Shown here: positions 35,355 to 48,342 of the stretch, piece by piece
Numbering within the stretch: position 1 is the stretch's first letter
How the letters are laid out: each line of letters starts with the position of its first letter
NCBI GenBank assembly: GCA_951406725.2
Contig: OX597820.1
Coordinates: forward strand, 60,202,001 to 60,266,000
Origin: Octopus vulgaris
Taxonomy: Eukaryota
Reading direction: 5' to 3'
Length of the DNA: 64,000 nucleotides
Program-made: the position numbers and the translations under genes
The notes under the pieces: model-generated
What the model was told of the DNA's origin: nothing
The model's input: only the letters and a program-made list of their open reading frames with translations
The model's database searches: none

Positions 35355-35843
35355 TATTTGCATAAATAATGGCTTTTCTGCCATGTGAACATTTTTACAA
35401 TAGTTCCTTAAATAGAACTACGATATTTCCTTATACAAGCAAGCTAGCATTTAATAATTATACTTATCTTTTGAAACCATGTCAACAAGTGTTACTTATC
35501 AGTGTCAATGGTGTGAATTGAATAACTTAGACACAATATGTCACATTTTTTGGGGTGGGGGTTAAAGGGAAGGGGGAAGTGTAGTTGATTAACATGGACT
35601 TCAGTTCTCGACTTATGTTTAATTTAATACTATTCTTCTCCACCGGAAAATCAAATTATTAGAGAGTGTGTCAATGAATTCTTAATTTATTCAGGTTCAG
35701 GCGGCGGACTTCAGTAGCTACAAAAATAGAAAAATAAAAGAAAAAAGAATAGACGCCCCGCCATCAAAAAAAAAACCCAACTTATTTTAAGACAGATTGA
35801 AGTATTATATGTTTTTCTGAGACTTAGATATTTCTAACGTCCA

Positions 35844-35990
35844 GGTGTAGGAGTGGCTGTGTAGTAAGTAGCTTGCTTACGGACCACATGGTTCCGGGTT
35901 CAGTCCCGCTGCGTGACACCTTGGGCAAGTGTCTTCTACTATAGCCTCGGGCCGACCAAAGCCTTGTGAGTGGATTTGGTAGACGTCGTA

Positions 35991-36051
<61 letters not shown>

Positions 36052-36260
36052 GTGTGTCTGTGTTTGTCCCCCCCCCCCCCACATCGCCTGACAACCGATG
36101 CTGGTGTGTTTACGTCCCTGTAACTTAGTGGTTCGGCAAAAGAGACCGATAGAATAAGTACTAGGCTTACAAAGATTAAGTCCTGGGGTCGATTTGCTCG
36201 ACTAAAGGCGGTGCTCCAGCATGGTCGCAGTCATATGATTGAAACAAGAGTAAAAAAGAG
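35844..36260 (+). mobile_element. Family B SINE
   Basis: Matches the 23216 copy, with a short internal deletion. Confidence 0.9.
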
Positions 36261-37329
36261 CTTGACTCTCATTGCTTTTCTTCTGGAAGTTTCTTTCTGT
36301 TTTTTAACTTGAAACATTTCTTCATAACAAGAGGAAGAAGTGGCATTCATGAATTTTTGCAGGGCCTCTGAAACTGGTGGGGAAAAAAGTTACATAAGAA
36401 TAGATGTGCCACATATCTTTTATTGTTCATTTGTTTCAGTCAGTGGGCTGTGGCCATACTGGAGTATCATCTTGAAGTGTTTAGTTGAACAAATCAACCC
36501 CAGTACTCACTTTTTAGTTGGGAATTTCTAAGGGCCTCTTATGTCGAACCATTAAGTTATGGGGCTGTTGTCTCATAACACTAATTGTCAAGCAGTCGTT
36601 GGGGACAAATACAAAGACACGCATTCACACATAGATATACACACATAGATACACGCACACACACACACATATTTATCTTATATATAAGTGGCAATTTCAG
36701 GCTATCTGTTACCAATTTAGTGCCTAAACTACCAAACCAATATTCACGAAACTTTGCATACATGTAACACTAACATGCAATTCAATAATAAGCAAATTGG
36801 ATTTCAATAAAAAATCTATGATGTACGCTCCAGGGGCGTTGGGCGAATTATATGATAAAATGAGACGGTTGCAAAATTATAAGTATGAGAGAGAGAGGGT
36901 GACTTGCATCAGTGAAGGCGAGAACAGCGATAATAATGGAATGATAACGTTACTATAACTGTCATATGAGGTCGTAACACAGAGAGAGGATGACTTCTAT
37001 CAGTGAAAGCGAGAACAGCGGTGAGAATGGGATGATAACTGTCAAATACATGCGACGCCGCTTACATACTTTCGTAAATATATACATACAACGCACACAC
37101 ATACACACACAGGAAGGTGGGTGTGAGGAATACATAGCATTAGGGAGAAAAGGGTATGTGGCTTTTCTGCTATCGCAGGGAAACACTCACACACAGACCC
37201 ACACATACATAAATATGTGTGTGTGCATACATACGTACGTTTGTAAATTTGTGTTTCTGTGACGTCCTATAACTGTCTCTCTCTCTCTACTTTTGTGACT
37301 TACACCTAACTCCAACTAAAACTTGTATA

Positions 37330-37950
37330 TTATTTTCTACTCTAGGCACAAGGCCCGAAATTTGGTGGGAGGGGCCAGTCGATTAGATCGAGCCTAGGAC
37401 GCAACTGGTACTTAATTTATTGGCCCTGAAATAATGGAAGGCAAAATTGACCTCGGCGGAATTTGAACTCACAACGCAAAGACAGAAGAAAAACCTATTT
37501 CTATTTCTTTACAACCCACAAGGGGCTAAACACAGAGAGGACAAACAAGGACAGACAAACGAATTAAGTCGATTATATCGAGCCCAGTGCGTAACTGGTA
37601 CTTATTCAATCGACCCCGAAATGATGAAAGGCAAAGTCGACCCCGGAGAATTTGAACTCAGAACGTAGCCGCAGACGAAATACCGCTAAGCATTTCGCCT
37701 GGCGTACTAACGTTTCTTATTTCTTTACTGTCCACAAGGAGTTACACACAGAGAGGACAAACAAGGACAGACAAAAGGATTAAGTCGATTATATCGACCC
37801 CAGTGCGTAACTGGTACTTATTTAATCGACCCCGAAAGGATGAAAGGCAAAGTTACCTCGGCGGAATTTGAACTCAACGTAACGGCAGACGAAATACCGC
37901 TAAGCATTTCGCTTGGTGTGCTAACGATTCTACCAGCTCGCCGCTCTTTA
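37330..37950 (-). mobile_element. Tandem or nested stack of three family A-type SINE units
   Basis: The block GCGTAACTGGTACTT..ATCGACCCCGAAAGGATGAAAGGCAAAG recurs at about 37400, 37590 and 37805. Confidence 0.85.
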
Positions 37951-38476
37951 AACACACTAATTGATTTATACCTAAATTATTTATTATATATATATATATT
38001 CCAGGGTGCACGAATTCTGGACAAAGATCCAAAGTATCGCTGATGACACCTGGTAGCCATAAGTGGTGAACGTGCTCTGCAGACACATTACCTGGGACCA
38101 ACATCTGTACACCCACACATCGAAGTTACTGGCCCCTATCCATATACACACACACTTATACATTCTCACATACATACGCATGCACCTTCCTTTGGGGATC
38201 ACCAATACTTTATTATCTCCCCTTCTTTCTACCTCTCCTGTTAAAGCTTTTTCCTCAACCAGTCACCATGCTTGATCGCCAAATCCACAAGATTTTTTTT
38301 ATTCTCTCTCTGTTTATTTCCTCTTATTCCTTTCTGTTGAAGAGCGTGGATTTTTTTCTTCTTTTTTCACATATGCTGTTGTATTTACCTTTTGTATTCT
38401 GTTATTAATTAATACTAGTTTTTATATTCTTTATTTTTTTCTATCTTTTATTTCCTATTTTTATATTTTATTTGTA

Positions 38477-38820
38477 TAGGCGCAGGAGTGGCTGTGTGGT
38501 AAGTATCTTCTACTATAGTCTCAGGCCGACCAAAGCCTTGTGAGTGGATTTGATAGACAGAAACTGAAAAAAGCCTGTCGTATATATGTATATGTATATA
38601 TACGTGTGTGTGTTTGTCCTCCCCACCCCAACATCGCTTGACAACCTATGCTGGTGTGTTTACGTCCCCGTAACTTAGCAGTTCAGCAAAAGAGACTGAT
38701 AGAATAAGTACTAGGCTTACAAAGAATAAGCCCTGGATCGATTTGCTCGACTAAAGGCAGTGCTCCAGCATGGCTGCAGTCAAATGACTGAAACAAGTAA
38801 AAGAATAAAAGAGAGTAAAG
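38477..38820 (+). mobile_element. Family B SINE with head deletion
   Basis: Matches the family; it directly abuts the long ORF at 38848. Confidence 0.88.
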
Positions 38821-38847
38821 AGTATTCTTGTAAGAAAAAAATATCTG

Positions 38848-40240
38848 TTGCTATATAAACAGCCTTCTAAACCACAGAATTTCAGCTTGAAAACGGCTAT
38901 CAAGAAGCTCAAAACTCAGAGTAAATGCTATCAACAAAAGACAGTGTTTCTTACTGATGAGAATGATGAAAAATCAGTTGATATTTCAAATGGAAATATA
39001 GCTGGAATAAATGAAAACTTATCTGATAAATATAAAACTACTGAGACTAATGCGGAAATTATTTCCAACAAATCTATTGAAAAACAAAAGGTTTCTGATA
39101 TTTTCATTCTGTCTTCTTGTATAAATAATAATTGTTTCTTGTCAAAAGAAATTATAGATATCCCTTGTTCTCAGGACCCTTTTTCTCAAGAGTCCTTTAA
39201 GGATTATTTTTCCTTAAGCTCTTTGTCTGTAAACTCTATAGAATCCAGTACTAGTGATCTTGTAGAGCAATTTGGGAATATCCTAAAAATAAGTAACAGA
39301 AAGAAAATTGTGGAAGATGAACCTTGGAAGCATGTAGAAGATTTCAATGAAATTACACTTGATGATAATGGAAGGGATGAAGGTGATGATGATTATAATG
39401 TCACAAAAGACAATGACTTTTCTGATAAATTTCCACCTTCAAGACCTTTCTGGAATTCTCGTAGACTAAAGCATCTGCAAACGCCAGAGATCCCTGAAGA
39501 TAACAAAAACAGTCTAACACTTTGCAAACGACCATTTGATGATTGTTGTAGATGTAATGATAGTGACAGTTTCAAAAATAGTTATACTCCTAATAGTAGT
39601 ATGAAAAACACTCATAAGATTTTATGCTATGATCTATCACAAATTACTTCAGAAAAAGGAAGGAAAACATCCCCCAAAAAGGAGAAAATCACTATAAACA
39701 ACTCTGAAAATTATAATATACCATTGTTTGAGACTGAAAATTTAGAAGAGTTGAAAGCTGTGTATGAATATCTGCATGTTAAATGTCCTTCTGATGACAG
39801 TACTATTTCTTCCCCTGTTCATCCTGAAGCATATTCAGTCGAATGGCTGTCAAAACTTCCTATTTCTGACTCTAGTTTTAAAGTGTCAGCTGAGAACTGC
39901 AATCATAAAACTGCCATAGAGATGCCTTACATGCAACAGCCCCCAAATTCCTGTCAGATTCAAATGCCTCACACACTTAATCCTAGTTTAATTTATGTCC
40001 AAACACAAGTAATCTGCCTCAGTAGTACAGCCTCACAAAAAGAAAAATTAACCAACAGCAAATTGATGGCTTAACTAAAGACGACTTTTGTAAAATTGGC
40101 GAGAGTGGCACTCATCTTCATGAAGCTGCAGAAAATAATAATGTATATTTATTGGAGGCCTTGCTTAAACAATTGGATAAGATGCAGTTCAAACAACATA
40201 TTGTTAACTTCAGAAACAATTACCAACAGACTGCACTTAC
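38848..40240 (+). pseudogene. Disrupted gene copy: long S/N/D/K-rich region followed, after a frameshift, by IkB-like ankyrin repeats
   Basis: 408-codon ORF with no 5' ATG. The -1 frame from about 40026 reads GTHLHEAAENNNVYLLEALLKQL...IVNFRNNYQQTAL (compare IkB LNFQNNLQQTPL), then breaks off with no splice donor. Confidence 0.6.
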
Positions 40241-40447
40241 TGGAATCATTATCATTAAAATAAAAATTATCCCACCAAAAGCCTTCTCTACTCCTTTATA
40301 TATATATATATATATATCATAAATGTGAAAATTAATTTCTGTGTGTCACACTTAGACCCCCTCTCTCACTATTCAATGACACTCCTACTATTCCTCATGA
40401 TGGGGTGTGAGTAATAGTAGGAATAGAGACGGTGAGAGTGGTGGTGA

Positions 40448-40498
<51 letters not shown>

Positions 40499-40884
40499 AA
40501 GAAAAAGAGACAAAGAAATTTAGGGAGAGTTGATGTTTTATTAAAAGTAGTAGTGTTGATGGTGGCAGCGGGAGTAATAATAAAAGAGAGAAAGATGAGG
40601 TATATGAGAGAAAGAGGGAGATGATGTATGACTTTGTTTAACCATATCTCTTTGACAGAAATTCCTGTGGCCAACATACTAAACACTATCATTTTTGTCT
40701 TATTTTTGCTTTCTTTAATACATACACAAACACACACAATCACACATATAAAATACGCTGTAATTTAAATAAAGTTTCCCCAAAATTAAACCTATCTAAT
40801 ATAATAAATGTGAAAGTCAGTGTGTCACACTTTTTCAGCTTTAATAATTCCTTTCTACTGGAAGCACATAACTTCAAATTTTGG

Positions 40885-41430
40885 CAGAATAGATTTGTTA
40901 TCTGTTTGGTGGGATATGAAAGGTTTAGTCCACTTTGAACTTTTAAACCCAAACCAAACAATAACAAAGATCTACTGCAAGCAACTTGAGCGGCTGAAGT
41001 CAGTGCTAGAAGAACAACCATCTTTGGTTTCAAGATGAAAGGTGTTCTTCCATCAGGATAATGCTTGGCCACATACAGCAAGGATGACATTTGAAAGGCT
41101 GGAGCAGTCTGAATGGGAAACGATGCTCCACCCACCATATTCGCTGGACATTGCCCCATCTGATTATCATTTATTCCACAGTCCTCAAAATCATTTGGAC
41201 GGAAAAAATATGAATTCTGTAGACAAGGTCAGAACAGTACTGGAGAAGTATTTTATGTCACAGACAAATGAACTTTGGAAGAAGGGTTTTGCAAGTCTAC
41301 CAGATAGATGGAAGAGCATTGTAGAAAATGAAGGAGAGTATATTTTAGATGAAAAAAGAACTTTGTTTATCTTAATTTTGAAAAATAAAATAAGTATAAA
41401 AAAAACCATATTACTTACAGGATGACCCAA
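40885..41430 (+). mobile_element. Mariner 3' half with TIR
   Basis: LSVWWDMKGLVHFELL, FHQDNAWPH, PPYSLDIAPSDYHLF; ends GGATGACCCAA followed by TA. Confidence 0.9.
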
Positions 41431-42654
41431 TATATATATAATTATATATGAACCCAGCTAATTGGTATTCAGTCCTCTATAAACACACTCTAGCCGCTGG
41501 CCCACAAACTTGCTGCCCTTTTCTCTTCATCTTTTCTATTGCTGCTATAATGGCCTTTGTTTCTAGTAACAGGATTTACTTGTTTCTAGTATATATCCCT
41601 GATATACATGTATGTCTTTCCATGTCTCATTTCACTAAATATTTCCAGCTGTCTATGCTCTGCATTAATCATTTATCTAGTCCTATCTTCCTATAACATT
41701 TGTCCTCGAGAATCTCTTCCTTGCAGGTGATTAAAAGGAATATTAAGGGCCTCCATCTCACTTGTCTTAGAAGTCTTGCAAAGTTCATGGATCACTACCT
41801 CTTCCACCAGACTCAACAAGTAAAGAAAAAATATGTCAGAGATTCAATTATGGATTTATTTACTTCTAACTAGAAAGGAATAAGCTTGACTATTCTCTTC
41901 TTATTGAACCATACAAGTTAATAACTATCACATTCAGATTAATAAATGATTATCACTTTCAGGTCAGTTTAAACCCTCCTGCATTGCAATGAATCATTAG
42001 GTTATGAGCAATAACCTATCCCATAATACTGTATTTAACCACTTCAGTACAATACAATGGACTAGTTTCATCGATAAGAGATAAAAGAAGAAAAACAACA
42101 ACAAAAAAACTGGGAAATAAAATTATATTAGAAACACTTGAAACTTTGTTGTTGTTAATATATTATGTTATTAATGTTGGAAAATGAGAGTACTTCTAGT
42201 TAAGTTTACAAAATAAAGGCATGCACCTAAATTTGTTGATGGATAATACTGGCGTCATTTATAGCTACTTAGATTTTCAGACAAATAAGCTAGACATAAC
42301 TGCATAGTTAAGTAGATCATTTGATAATTACGTGGCTCCATTGACTCACATTATGTGACATTCTGAGCAAGCATCTTCTACATTAGTCAGAAGTTACAGG
42401 TACTTTGCGAATATCTGTGTGTATTGGTGTGTGTGTATATATCTATGTTTATGCAGACTGGCATAAAATCTACTGTTATAGTCTTTTCTCTTTATTCTTT
42501 AAGGAACAAAGTTCCTCATAGGAGGAACCTTGTCTCTAAGCTGTCCTCTGACTAAATGATTCACCAAGCAAAGTTTAATGAAATAAGTACTAGAATCTAT
42601 ATGATTGACTAAACCCATGGAAATGGTTCCCAAGCATGAACACAGTCCAGTTCA

Positions 42655-42945
42655 AGACAGGATGCCCCTGGGAGCTCCTCTATGCTGATGACCTTGCTCT
42701 AATTGCTGAGTCACTATCAGAACTAGAGGAGAAGTTTCAAGTGTAGAAACAAGGATTACAATCGAAGGCCTTAGAGTCAACCTAGCTAAAACCAAAGCCC
42801 TAATAAGAAGGAAGGCAGGCAAACTACAAATCCCTTCAGGTAGTTGGCCCTGCTCAATCTGTAGAAAAGGCATAGGTAGAAACTCTATAAGATGTACCCA
42901 GTGTAAGCTATGGACACATAAGAGGTGCAGCAATATCAAAGGAAG
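42655..42945 (+). mobile_element. RTE-like RT fragment with an adjacent Cys/His finger
   Basis: PWELLYADDLALIAES...GLRVNLAKTK...WPCSICRKGIGRNSIRCTQCKLWTHKRCS. Confidence 0.85.
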
Positions 42946-43817
42946 TCCAGTGACTGAAATAAATCTATTATAAGTTTGTGTATGTTCATTCTTTCTTGCT
43001 CTTCCTCTTTCTTTTGTATGTAATATCGTCTTTATTTTTACTGCCACTGTAGTGCTGAAACACTGAATTTTATTATGGTATCACACTCTACCTGCTCTTC
43101 ATTGAAAGTTTTGCTACCTTCCTTCCTCTGTTGTGTTCTCACACTCTCTCCCACTTTTTATTGATCTTTCTCTCTCTCTCTATTTATTTAGCAGAAGATT
43201 AATGTAGAGTTAGTGCTGAGTACAAGTGTCAACTAGAAAGTAACATAACTGATTTTAATTTAGGTGGGAAGCCAAACTTTGTCTTTTAAGTCACAATTTA
43301 CTATAAATGGTGTTTGCAACACTATTATTACAAGCAAAGAAAGCATGCTACAAGCATACACTATGGTTAATTAATGAATATGATTCATTTCAATCAAATT
43401 GACCCCATCATATCTGTAGAGCTTGTAGACCCTTACAGTAGGGTCTGGATGCATTGTCAAAGCCCAGATAGTCCAGAGTCCTTGTGATGACCTCAATAAA
43501 AATTCATTTTGCATGGATGACACCAAATCCATCAAGTAGCTTCCAGGACCATTTGTCAAGGAGACCCAAACAGGTGAAGAAAGCTAAGCCCTCTTATAGA
43601 AGAGCACAAGAAGATAGAAGCTTCCAAAATATGGTTAGGTAGTATGAAACAAACATCAGATGGATAGTTCCCTATTGCTCATTCTTGACCAAAATATGTA
43701 ATACACACATTAATTCTCAGTTATGTAATTCAATTAAGTTACAGAAATATATCATTAAGAGAACTGATTTCATAGCGTTTTCTTTGAAGGAGCAAAACAG
43801 CCACAATGAATTTATCC

Positions 43818-44205
43818 ATAGGCATAGGAGTGGCTGTGTGGTAAGTAGCTTGCTTATGAACCACATGGTTCCGGATTCAGTCCCACTGTGTGGCACCTTG
43901 GGCAAGTGTCTTCTACTATAGCCTTGGGCCAACCAAAGCCTTGTGAGTGGATTTGGCAGACGGAAACTGAAAGAAGCCCGTCGTATATATGTATATGTTT
44001 ATATGTATGTGTGTCTGTTTTTGTCCCCCAACAACGCTTAACAATCGATGCTTGTATGTTTACGTCCCTGTAACTTAGCAGTTCGGCAAAAGAAACCGAT
44101 AGAATAAGTACTGGGCTTAGAAAGAATAAGTCCTGGGGTCGATTTGCTTGACTAATGGCAGTGCTCCAGCATGGCTGCAGTCAAATGACGGAAACAAATA
44201 AGAGA
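43818..44205 (+). mobile_element. Family B SINE
   Basis: Full head-to-tail match. Confidence 0.9.
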
Positions 44206-44464
44206 GTAATTTCAGTAAGGTCAATGCATCAATAACATTGAAACATTCTGGTACTTTTCCATTTTCCCCATTCATGAAGATATCCCAACATTCAACAACA
44301 TGCTGTCCAAATAGACAACAAGTTGTTGAATGCTGGGATATTTTCATAAATAAGTTTCCTTTACTTAAGCACAAAGTTCAAAGAACACAATGCTTACAGT
44401 GTTTTCTAAGCTCTACCAGTATAATCCCTTTGCAGAAACATTGTTGTACTATCAGGTTCCATAA

Positions 44465-44824
44465 GCACCATTCAAGCGTGATCATTACCAGCATCGCCTT
44501 ACTGGCACTTGTGCCGGTAGCATGTGAAAAGACATTTGAGCGAGGTCGTTGCCAGTGCCGCTGGACTGGCTCCTGTGCAGGTGGCACATAAAAAACACCA
44601 TTTGAGTATGCCTGTTGCCAGTACCGCCTGACTGGCCCTCATGCCAGTGGCACGTAAAAGCAACCACTACCCTCTCGGAGTGGTTGGTGTTAGGAAAGGC
44701 ATCAAGCTGTAGAAACTCTGCCAGATCAAGATTGGAGCCTGGTGCAGCCATCTGGTTCGCCAGTCCTCAGTCAAATCGTCCAACCCATACTAGCATGGAA
44801 AGCGGATGTTAAACGATGATGATG
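44465..44824 (+). mobile_element. LINE 3'-UTR repeat (RTE-like) ending in (GAT)n
   Basis: GGAGTGGTTGG..AGGAAGGGCATCCAGCTGTAGAAA...CCAACCCATGCTAGCATGGAAA..GTTAAACGATGATG. Other copies at about 33790, 47270, 48078, 51061, 52858, 56865 and 62700-64000. Confidence 0.8.
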
Positions 44825-45127
44825 GGACACCAAGCAAATAGAGACAAAGAAAGCAAGATGACTCTATTGAAAGCTGACCTAACATAAGCTTGACAATGTC
44901 ATTGTACACATCAGCCAACATAGATACTTCTTTTTACAACTCCCTTCCGAAAAGTGTGAGCTTCCTAGTTCATTTTATGATCTTTGAATAGTCGATGCCA
45001 AGGTCTGCACTATCAAAAGAGAGAAATGGATTGGTGGAGAATGATGGCCAGTGAGATGTAATATTGTCAGTAGCTTCCATATTTCAAACAGCTAAGACTT
45101 AGTGTTCTTTTCCTGATGCTCTTTCAC

Positions 45128-45502
45128 TCTTTTACTTGTTTCAGTCATTTGACTGTGGCCATGCTGGAGCACTGCCTTTAGTCAAGCAAATCGATCCCAA
45201 GACTTATTCTTTGTAAGCCTAGTACTTATTCTATTGGTCACTTTTGCTGAACTGCTAAGTTACGGGGATGTAAACACACCAGCATCGGTTGTCAAGCGAT
45301 GTTGGGAGGGGACAAACACACACATATATATATACATATATATATGATGGGTTTCTTTCAGTTTCTGTCTACCAAATCCACTAACAAGGCTTTGGTCAGC
45401 CTGAGGCTATAATAGAAGACACTTGCCCAAGGTGCCACGCAGTGGAACTGAACCCGGAACTATGTGGTTGGTAAGCAAGCTACTTACTACACAGCCACTC
45501 AT
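45128..45502 (-). mobile_element. Family B SINE, inverted relative to the 43818 copy
   Basis: Reverse-complement match. Confidence 0.9.
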
Positions 45503-46466
45503 GCTGTTAAAATGGTGTGAATAACCTTGTTAGGCATTCAAATATCAAGCTCAACAAATGTACTTCCATCATCAAAACAGCTTACACTTATATCATGTAG
45601 CTTGAAAATTTTCATACATTAAATAGAAAATAATAGTATTCTCATACTTTTTTTTTTGCTAAAAAACATAACCATGAACTGACAGACACAAGACAAAGGG
45701 AAAAATGCACACAGACATGTGTACATATATGAATATATTTATTTATTTGCTATTGATAGATGAACAAATAAAACATAATATCATGTCGTTATGTGGAGTC
45801 TGAGTGTGGCTTGGATTGGATTACATTTATTTACATGGAGTTCAATTACTTATGTAATAGACAAAGGGCTCTGGAATGGATTCTGTTCATATATAGAGAC
45901 TCCACTGTATGCATATGTATGTATCTTTTTTACCTTTTTTTTAAAAAAATCTTTTTACTTGTTTCAAACTGGCACTTATTTTAATGGTCACTTTGCTGCG
46001 TTGCTACATTAAGTGGACATAACAAACCAACACTGGTTGTCAAGCAGTGGTGAGGACAAACAGACACAAACACACACACACATGATGGGCTTCTTTCAGG
46101 TTCTGTCTACCAAATCCACTCTCAAGGCCTTGATTGGCCTGGAGCTATAGTAGATGATGCTTGCCCAAGGTACCATGAATTGGTACTGAACCATATGGCA
46201 AAGAAGCAAACTTCTTATGACACAGCCACACCCGTGCCTATATTTTTTTTACTCGTTTCAGTCATGTGGTTGTAAAGCAAATTTGTTACCACACAACCAC
46301 ATATGTGCATATATATATATATAACATTTACAGATTAAGTGATTTAACAAAAAGAGAAAAGATTGTGTTTGAGTTTGGCAAATTTACAAGTGGTTAGAAC
46401 TATTTAATGGAATAATAAATGTGAATGAAAGTAATATAATACAAAACTACATATGTAAGGAACTGG

Positions 46467-46679
46467 TCATTTTTTAGCTTTGGTTAAGGTAGGAGCCTTA
46501 AATGCTTTATATACAGAAGGAGATGAGCAACTGGTTAAGGGGGGCAAGCTGGATGCAGCCCCATACACGAGAAGTTTGGACATTTTCATTTGTTGAGCAG
46601 CTTTCTGAGCCTTCGTAGAATCATCTGAAGATGAAGTGTGCAAAACATTCTCTTTTACATGATACTTCTGCTCTGTACC
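46467..46679 (-). CDS. BRCA2: BRCA2-like gene, terminal coding exon (TR2 RAD51-binding tail)
   Basis: Acceptor TTTCTCACACCCAG, phase 0. Encodes 70 aa ending KMSKLLVYGAASSLPPLTSCSSPSVYKAFKAPTLTKAKK*; compare human TR2 SPAAQKAFQPP. Confidence 0.85.
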   Translation of the reverse strand, partial: GTEQKYHVKENVLHTSSSDDSTKAQKAAQQMKMSKLLVYGAASSLPPLTSCSSPSVYKAFKAPTLTKAKK

Positions 46680-47013
46680 CTGGGTGTGAGAAAGAGGATG
46701 GAAAAGGAAAACCCATAAGACATTACAAATACTGTTTCAGAAATTAAAAAACAAAACAAAACAATAAGCGCAAAAATTATATAATCTATGAGGTTTTAGC
46801 ACCCCATTACTACCATCTTTATTGTCGTCCCAGCAACTCCCACTGTTATATAAAATGGGGTAGCCATGTATCTGCTCTGTGGTAAGACAACCATGATTGT
46901 CCCTCTTTCATACTTTAGCATTTCAGCACCTGGCAGAAAGCCATCTCCACCTCCCAAATAACACCCCCCACACTTAGTTCTGGGTCTTTTACATTTTTCT
47001 TTGTTCTTTTTCT

Positions 47014-47236
47014 TATTTCTTTATTGCCCACAAGGGGCTAAACATAGATGGGACAAACAAAGGGATTGAGTCAATTACATCAACCCCAGTGCGTAACTGG
47101 TACTTAATTTATCGACCCCGAAAGGATGAAAAGCAAAGTCGACCTCAGCAGAATTTGAACTCAGAACATAGCGGCAGACGAAATACCGCTAAGCATTTCA
47201 CCCGGCGTGCTAACGTTTCTGCCAGCTTGCTGCCTT
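47014..47236 (-). mobile_element. Family A SINE (intronic)
   Basis: Matches the 19432 copy. Confidence 0.88.
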
Positions 47237-48030
47237 TGTCCTTTTTCTATCTTGAAAGTTACTTGGCAACCTCACTAGTGCCAGAAGCATGAAAAGAAAA
47301 TAAAAAGCATCCAGTACACACTGTAAAGTGGCCGGTGTTAGGAAGGACATTCATCCATAGAAACAAAGCTAAACCAGGAATTGGAGCTTGACATGACCCT
47401 ACAGTTTGCTGGATTCTATCAAAATGTTCAACCCACACCAGAATGGAAAACAGACATATGATGATGCTTTCAGTTAGTATAGTCAAAAATATTTCAAGAC
47501 GATATAAAATAAATCTAGTTTGAAATTGTTTGTGTTACATTCATTAACCCATATTAACCCACTGTCCTTGTTTGAGGACAGTTGTATTTGGTTTATTTAC
47601 TGCAATAAAGGTTAACTGGATGCCTCCATATGTTTGTTATCCTTGCTTATATAACTATCTTCAAAATTTTGACAGGGTTATCCTGGGTTAAATATGAAGA
47701 GAAACAAAAATATTATACACATAAGAAAAAGAAAACGAATAAATGTAAAAAGTCACGAAAACAACTGTCACATAATGCGTTTGTAGGGTCAAACTTGCAT
47801 TTTATATTTTGATGTTAAGACATATATATATATATATATTACAGCTGGATGCCCTTCCTAATACCAAAGCACTCAATCCACTGTGGGGTGATTGGTGTTT
47901 GGAAGGGCATCCAGCCATACAAACCTTTGACAAAATAGACAAAGAAGTATGGTGTAGTCTTCTGCCTGGCCAGCTCCTGTCAAACCATCCAACCCATGCC
48001 AACATGGCAGACATTAAATGATTATGATGA

Positions 48031-48080
<50 letters not shown>

Positions 48081-48273
48081 CATTAGGAAAGGCATCCAGC
48101 TGTAGAAACTGCCAGATGAAGATTGGAGCCTGTTGCAGCCATCTGGTTCGCCAGCCCTCAGTCAAATCGTCCAACCCATGCTAGCATGGAAAGCAGATGT
48201 TAAATGATGATGATGATCCAAACATTCTAATAAAAAGGAAAATTATGGACTAATAGTGAAGAAAATATTGTAC

Positions 48274-48342
48274 CTGAAGATTTAAAGACAGTTTTCTTTG
48301 TTCTAATCTCTTGTAAGCTGCTGATAGAAACCCTTCTTTCAC
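48274..48342 (-). CDS. BRCA2: BRCA2-like exon (69 nt, helix after OB3)
   Basis: ATTCCCCCAG|GTG...CAG|GTACAA, phase 0/0, VKEGFLSAAYKRLEQRKLSLNLQ, in frame with both neighbours. Confidence 0.78.

Noticed and set aside
36700-37200. Helitron-like non-autonomous element with a ~90-bp tandem duplication
   Set aside because: Only suggestive motifs; termini and the 3' hairpin-CTAG could not be located.
40026-40074. Programmed -1 frameshift in the ankyrin ORF
   Set aside because: No in-register X_XXY_YYZ heptamer; an indel in an A-run is the simpler explanation.
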